A DNA stretch of 64,000 nucleotides from the NCBI GenBank assembly GCA_964016885.1, contig OZ024740.1:271436001-271500000 (forward strand), given 5' to 3'. The stretch is from Eledone cirrhosa. Taxonomy: Eukaryota. Made by a program: the position numbers and the translations under genes. The notes below the pieces were generated by a model, which saw only the letters and a program-made list of their open reading frames with translations, was not told the origin of the DNA and did not search any database. Position 1 is the first letter of the stretch; every line of letters starts with the position of its first letter. Shown here piece by piece: positions 60,464 through 64,000 of this stretch.

Positions 60464-61022
60464 ATGGTCGGGTCGTTGGCGACTAAACTGGCAACCCCAC
60501 CAAGGTTTCTTGGTGAGGAGGGTGACTTTGGACATCCTGCAGGACTAAAAACAAAACCTGTCAAAGGGCAAAGGAGCTCTTAAGAGTCAATGGTCATCCA
60601 AAATAACCGGGAGAGATGACTCCTTAGCCTTTGTCAAGGCAGAATTCTAGGAGAAGGAAAACTCTGATATAACACCTGCAACCCTGATGGTATCCAATGA
60701 TGTTGACTTGTTCTTCTTTTTGGTAAATATCATCTTGGTTAAGAGAGTGGGACTGGCTTTGTGCAGTGCCTTTGCTCACTATAAAAGCTTCACGGCACAG
60801 GCATTGCTTTATATCAGGAGATCTCTGTGCACTTGTCGTCACATGGTACCATGGGCCCAGCACTATGTGTCAATAATTGTCACAAGTGTAGTGTTTGTAC
60901 CAGAGTTTTCGAGTCGCTGGCTGGACTAAAAAGTCACACTCGTTCAGCGCATCGGTAGGGGTTCTCCTACATGGATATAAAGTAGTGGCCGTACTCGAAA
61001 ACGAGTTGGCAGCCACCACCAT
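60464..61022. mobile_element. Two interspersed repeats tail-to-tail (homologs of 13800-14090 and, inverted, 15862-16120)
   Basis: Direct sequence similarity to those loci. Confidence 0.7.
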
Positions 61023-61136
61023 GTATGTATATATATATCGCGTAAGTACGTAAAAATACACATGAGAAAGAAACAGTGCCAGTGTGAAAGAAAGATACAC
61101 CCACGAAATAGCATATAAGCAGACAAACCAACACCC

Positions 61137-61167
<31 letters not shown>

Positions 61168-61170
61168 TTC

Positions 61171-61266
<96 letters not shown>

Positions 61267-61544
61267 TGTATATATATATATGTGTATACAACTATACATA
61301 TAAACACACACGCATTTATATAAATTTACATATATATATATGTAGCATCTATATAAAAGTATATATAAGTATATATAAGTATATAATATGTATATATATA
61401 TGTGTGTGTGTGTGTACGTGTATATATATATATATATATATACAAATATATATATAAACACCCACACATATATAGAAATTTACATATTTTTCTCAGAAAT
61501 TTACATATATATATATATTACATATATATGTAAATGCGTGTGTG

Positions 61545-61706
<162 letters not shown>

Positions 61707-61765
61707 GGAACATTTTTTCCTATACTTTCACTCGTTTTCTTTTTCATTTTGTAAAAGAAAACCTC

Positions 61766-61805
<40 letters not shown>

Positions 61806-62039
61806 ATATATATATGTACACTCTAACAAACATACGTCCATAATACCCACCATAGACTGTATTGATGTCTTCATCTAAACAAAGCTAAAACATATCACAA
61901 AAGTTATTTAAAAAATAACAAAAATAACAACAAAATATACAAAGAGAAATGAATAAATTAACCTAGTTTATATCTTTTGTAGCTTTTTTTTATTCTTTCC
62001 ACTTTTTCATTCGCTTCTTCTCTGTTGTTTTGTTGCTCA

Positions 62040-62055
62040 TTCTCTCTACTCCCTC

Positions 62056-62128
<73 letters not shown>

Positions 62129-62224
62129 CTATCTTTCTTTCTTTCTTTCCTTCTTTCTTTCTCGCTTTCTTTCTATCTATCTCTCTCTCTCGCTATGTAT
62201 TTATTTATCTTTCTCTCGCTTTCG

Positions 62225-62255
<31 letters not shown>

Positions 62256-62327
62256 TCTCTCTCTTTCTCTTTGTCTCTCTTTCACTTTCGCTCTCTCTCT
62301 CTCTTTCTCTTTGTCTCTCTCTCACTT

Positions 62328-62368
<41 letters not shown>

Positions 62369-62495
62369 CTTTCGCTTTCCGTCTCTCTCTGTCTCTGTCT
62401 CTCTCACTCTCTCTATGTTTCTCTCTCTCTCACTCTCTCTCTCTCCCTCTCTCTCTCTTTCTCTCTCAATCTATCTATCTATTTATCTATTTATC

Positions 62496-62547
<52 letters not shown>

Positions 62548-62580
62548 TCACTCACTTTCCCTATATATCTACCTCTAAGT
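62040..62580. repeat. (CT)n-rich microsatellite
   Basis: Directly visible. Confidence 0.95.
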
Positions 62581-62605
62581 CTTTATCTAACTATTATATA
62601 TCAAT

Positions 62606-62790
62606 AATTGTTTCTACTTTAGGCACAAGGCCAGCAATTACCCAGTGCATTACTGGTACTTTATTTTATCAACCCCGTAAGGATGAAAGGCAAAGTCAAC
62701 CTCGGCGGGATTTGAACTCAGATCGTAAAGGGACGTAACTATGCTGGAAAGCATGGCATCCGACCCTCTACTGATACTGCCAATCCACCG
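62606..62790 (-). mobile_element. SINE family 1, full length
   Basis: Same consensus as the other copies. Confidence 0.9.
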
Positions 62791-62934
62791 TCAATAATAG
62801 ACCTCTACCAGTCTATCCTCTGTCGATACAAACAACATCAAACCATTGAATAGTATCTGTAGTATATTACATAATATATATGATGACATGATAGCATGTT
62901 TATGAGCACGTATACATATATATATATATATATA

Positions 62935-63127
62935 ACGAAGGAAATGTGGTAAGGAACCAGGTGGACCATAACGCACCAAAGTACTCAATACTTGGGGTAG
63001 TAGAGTGGGTAATAGGAACCAGTAAGACCCCGACGGCTGGGCTCAAGCCGTTTCGACGGCTAATTCAGTCCAGAATTAGCCGTCGAAACGGCTTGAGCTC
63101 AGCCGTCGGGGTCTTACTGGTTCCTAT
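62935..63127. mobile_element. Family B fold-back element
   Basis: About 55 bp arms ATAGGAACCAGTAAGACCCCGACGGCTG..AATTC / GAATTAGCCGTCGAAACGG..GGTTCCTAT; another copy starts at about 63950. Confidence 0.8.
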
Positions 63128-63239
63128 ATATATATATATAAAGTTTTACATATATATATATATAAAGTCATAAATATATGTTTTGCAACGGGTCACTTTG
63201 TGGCTCAATGAAGAATTAATAAATTAAATAATCAGAGCT

Positions 63240-63942
63240 ATATATCATAAAACATGTCTATAGAATCACCAGATAAAATATATACCGTTTCCTCTCCCAA
63301 TTAGCATAATTAACCATATAAAAATCAATTAGACCAAGCTATAAAAATAAAGGCTCCTATGAAGAAATCTCCGACAAATAACCGAAAGCAGCCCCTTCGC
63401 GGCGGTTGAGATACAATTTTGGCTGTATTGGGCTGCGCTTTCTAGCAAAAAGCCTACCAGCCGTAAGCAACTAATCACATCCTTTCTAACTTGACCGCTG
63501 CCACGTAACGATTCTTAGCCATTTTTGAATGTATTCTTGGCGCGATCACTTTGGAAAATTAATTGTCTAAATTTGAGCTAACTTCCTGAAGAATCCGAAG
63601 CTCTAGATATACAATGTTATCGGAGGTCTTACAATGCGGATGAAACCATGGTAGAGGTAATTAAATATGTACACTTTTCTTCTAGTTTATTTTACACCTA
63701 ATTCTGTTTAGTTGACTGTATATCTGGTCGATTCATACATGCTGTCGAAATATTCGATAAATGATCCGTCGCAACCGCCGCGAAGGGGCTGCTTTCGGTT
63801 ATTTGTCGGAGATTTCTTCATAGGAGCCTTTATTCTTATAGCTTGGTTTAATTGATTTTTTTATATGGTTAATTATGCTAATTGGGAGAGGAAACGGTAT
63901 ATATTTTATCTGGTGATTCTATAGACATGTTTTATGATATAT
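63240..63942. mobile_element. Fold-back element with about 170 bp inverted arms and an intact HHR in the loop
   Basis: Arms 63240-63410 / 63770-63942, TA-rich flanks. Confidence 0.85.
63581..63658 (+). ncRNA. Type I hammerhead ribozyme with long stem-loop II
   Basis: ACTTC-CTGAAGA-ATCCG...CGGAT-GAAA-CCATGG-TA-GAGGT; palindromic stem III ACCATGGT, GUA triplet. Confidence 0.82.
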
Positions 63943-64000
63943 ATATACATATAGGGAAAAGTATGACCCCGACGGTAGAGCTCAAGTCGTTTCGACGGCT

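Overview
This is AT-rich, microsatellite-saturated eukaryotic repeat DNA. The SINE repertoire suggests a cephalopod such as Octopus (inference from pattern recognition, not a database search). I found no convincing host gene, and most ORFs in the track are artefacts of (TA)n, (CA)n, (TACA)n, (AAC)n and (ACC)n repeats. Recognisable content: a decayed Helitron (Rep plus PIF1 helicase, N-terminal 23-aa repeats), a non-autonomous Helitron, a full-length DD37D/maT transposon, hAT, mariner and piggyBac-like MITEs, a nest of R4/Dong-type LINE fragments, CRE-like and RTE fragments, two GIY-YIG (Penelope-like, PLE) fragments, many tRNA-derived SINEs, and a 4.6 kb 22-bp minisatellite with a higher-order duplication. 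The most striking unannotated signal is a dense set of about 20 intact or decayed minimal type I hammerhead ribozyme (HHR) motifs, CUGANGA-stem II-GAAA-palindromic stem III-NUH-stem I, from many unrelated sequence families. They sit in 100-700 bp non-coding elements usually embedded in (TA)n tracts and often arranged as fold-back inverted repeats or tandem monomers. Eight lie within 56.58-58.97 kb, and one sits in the 3' UTR of a GIY-YIG ORF. This looks like a PLE/retrozyme-like microsatellite-targeting system, with some non-canonical cores (U.U at 10.1/11.1, an extra nucleotide after CUGANGA, UUGAUAA). All folds were done by eye and activity is untested.
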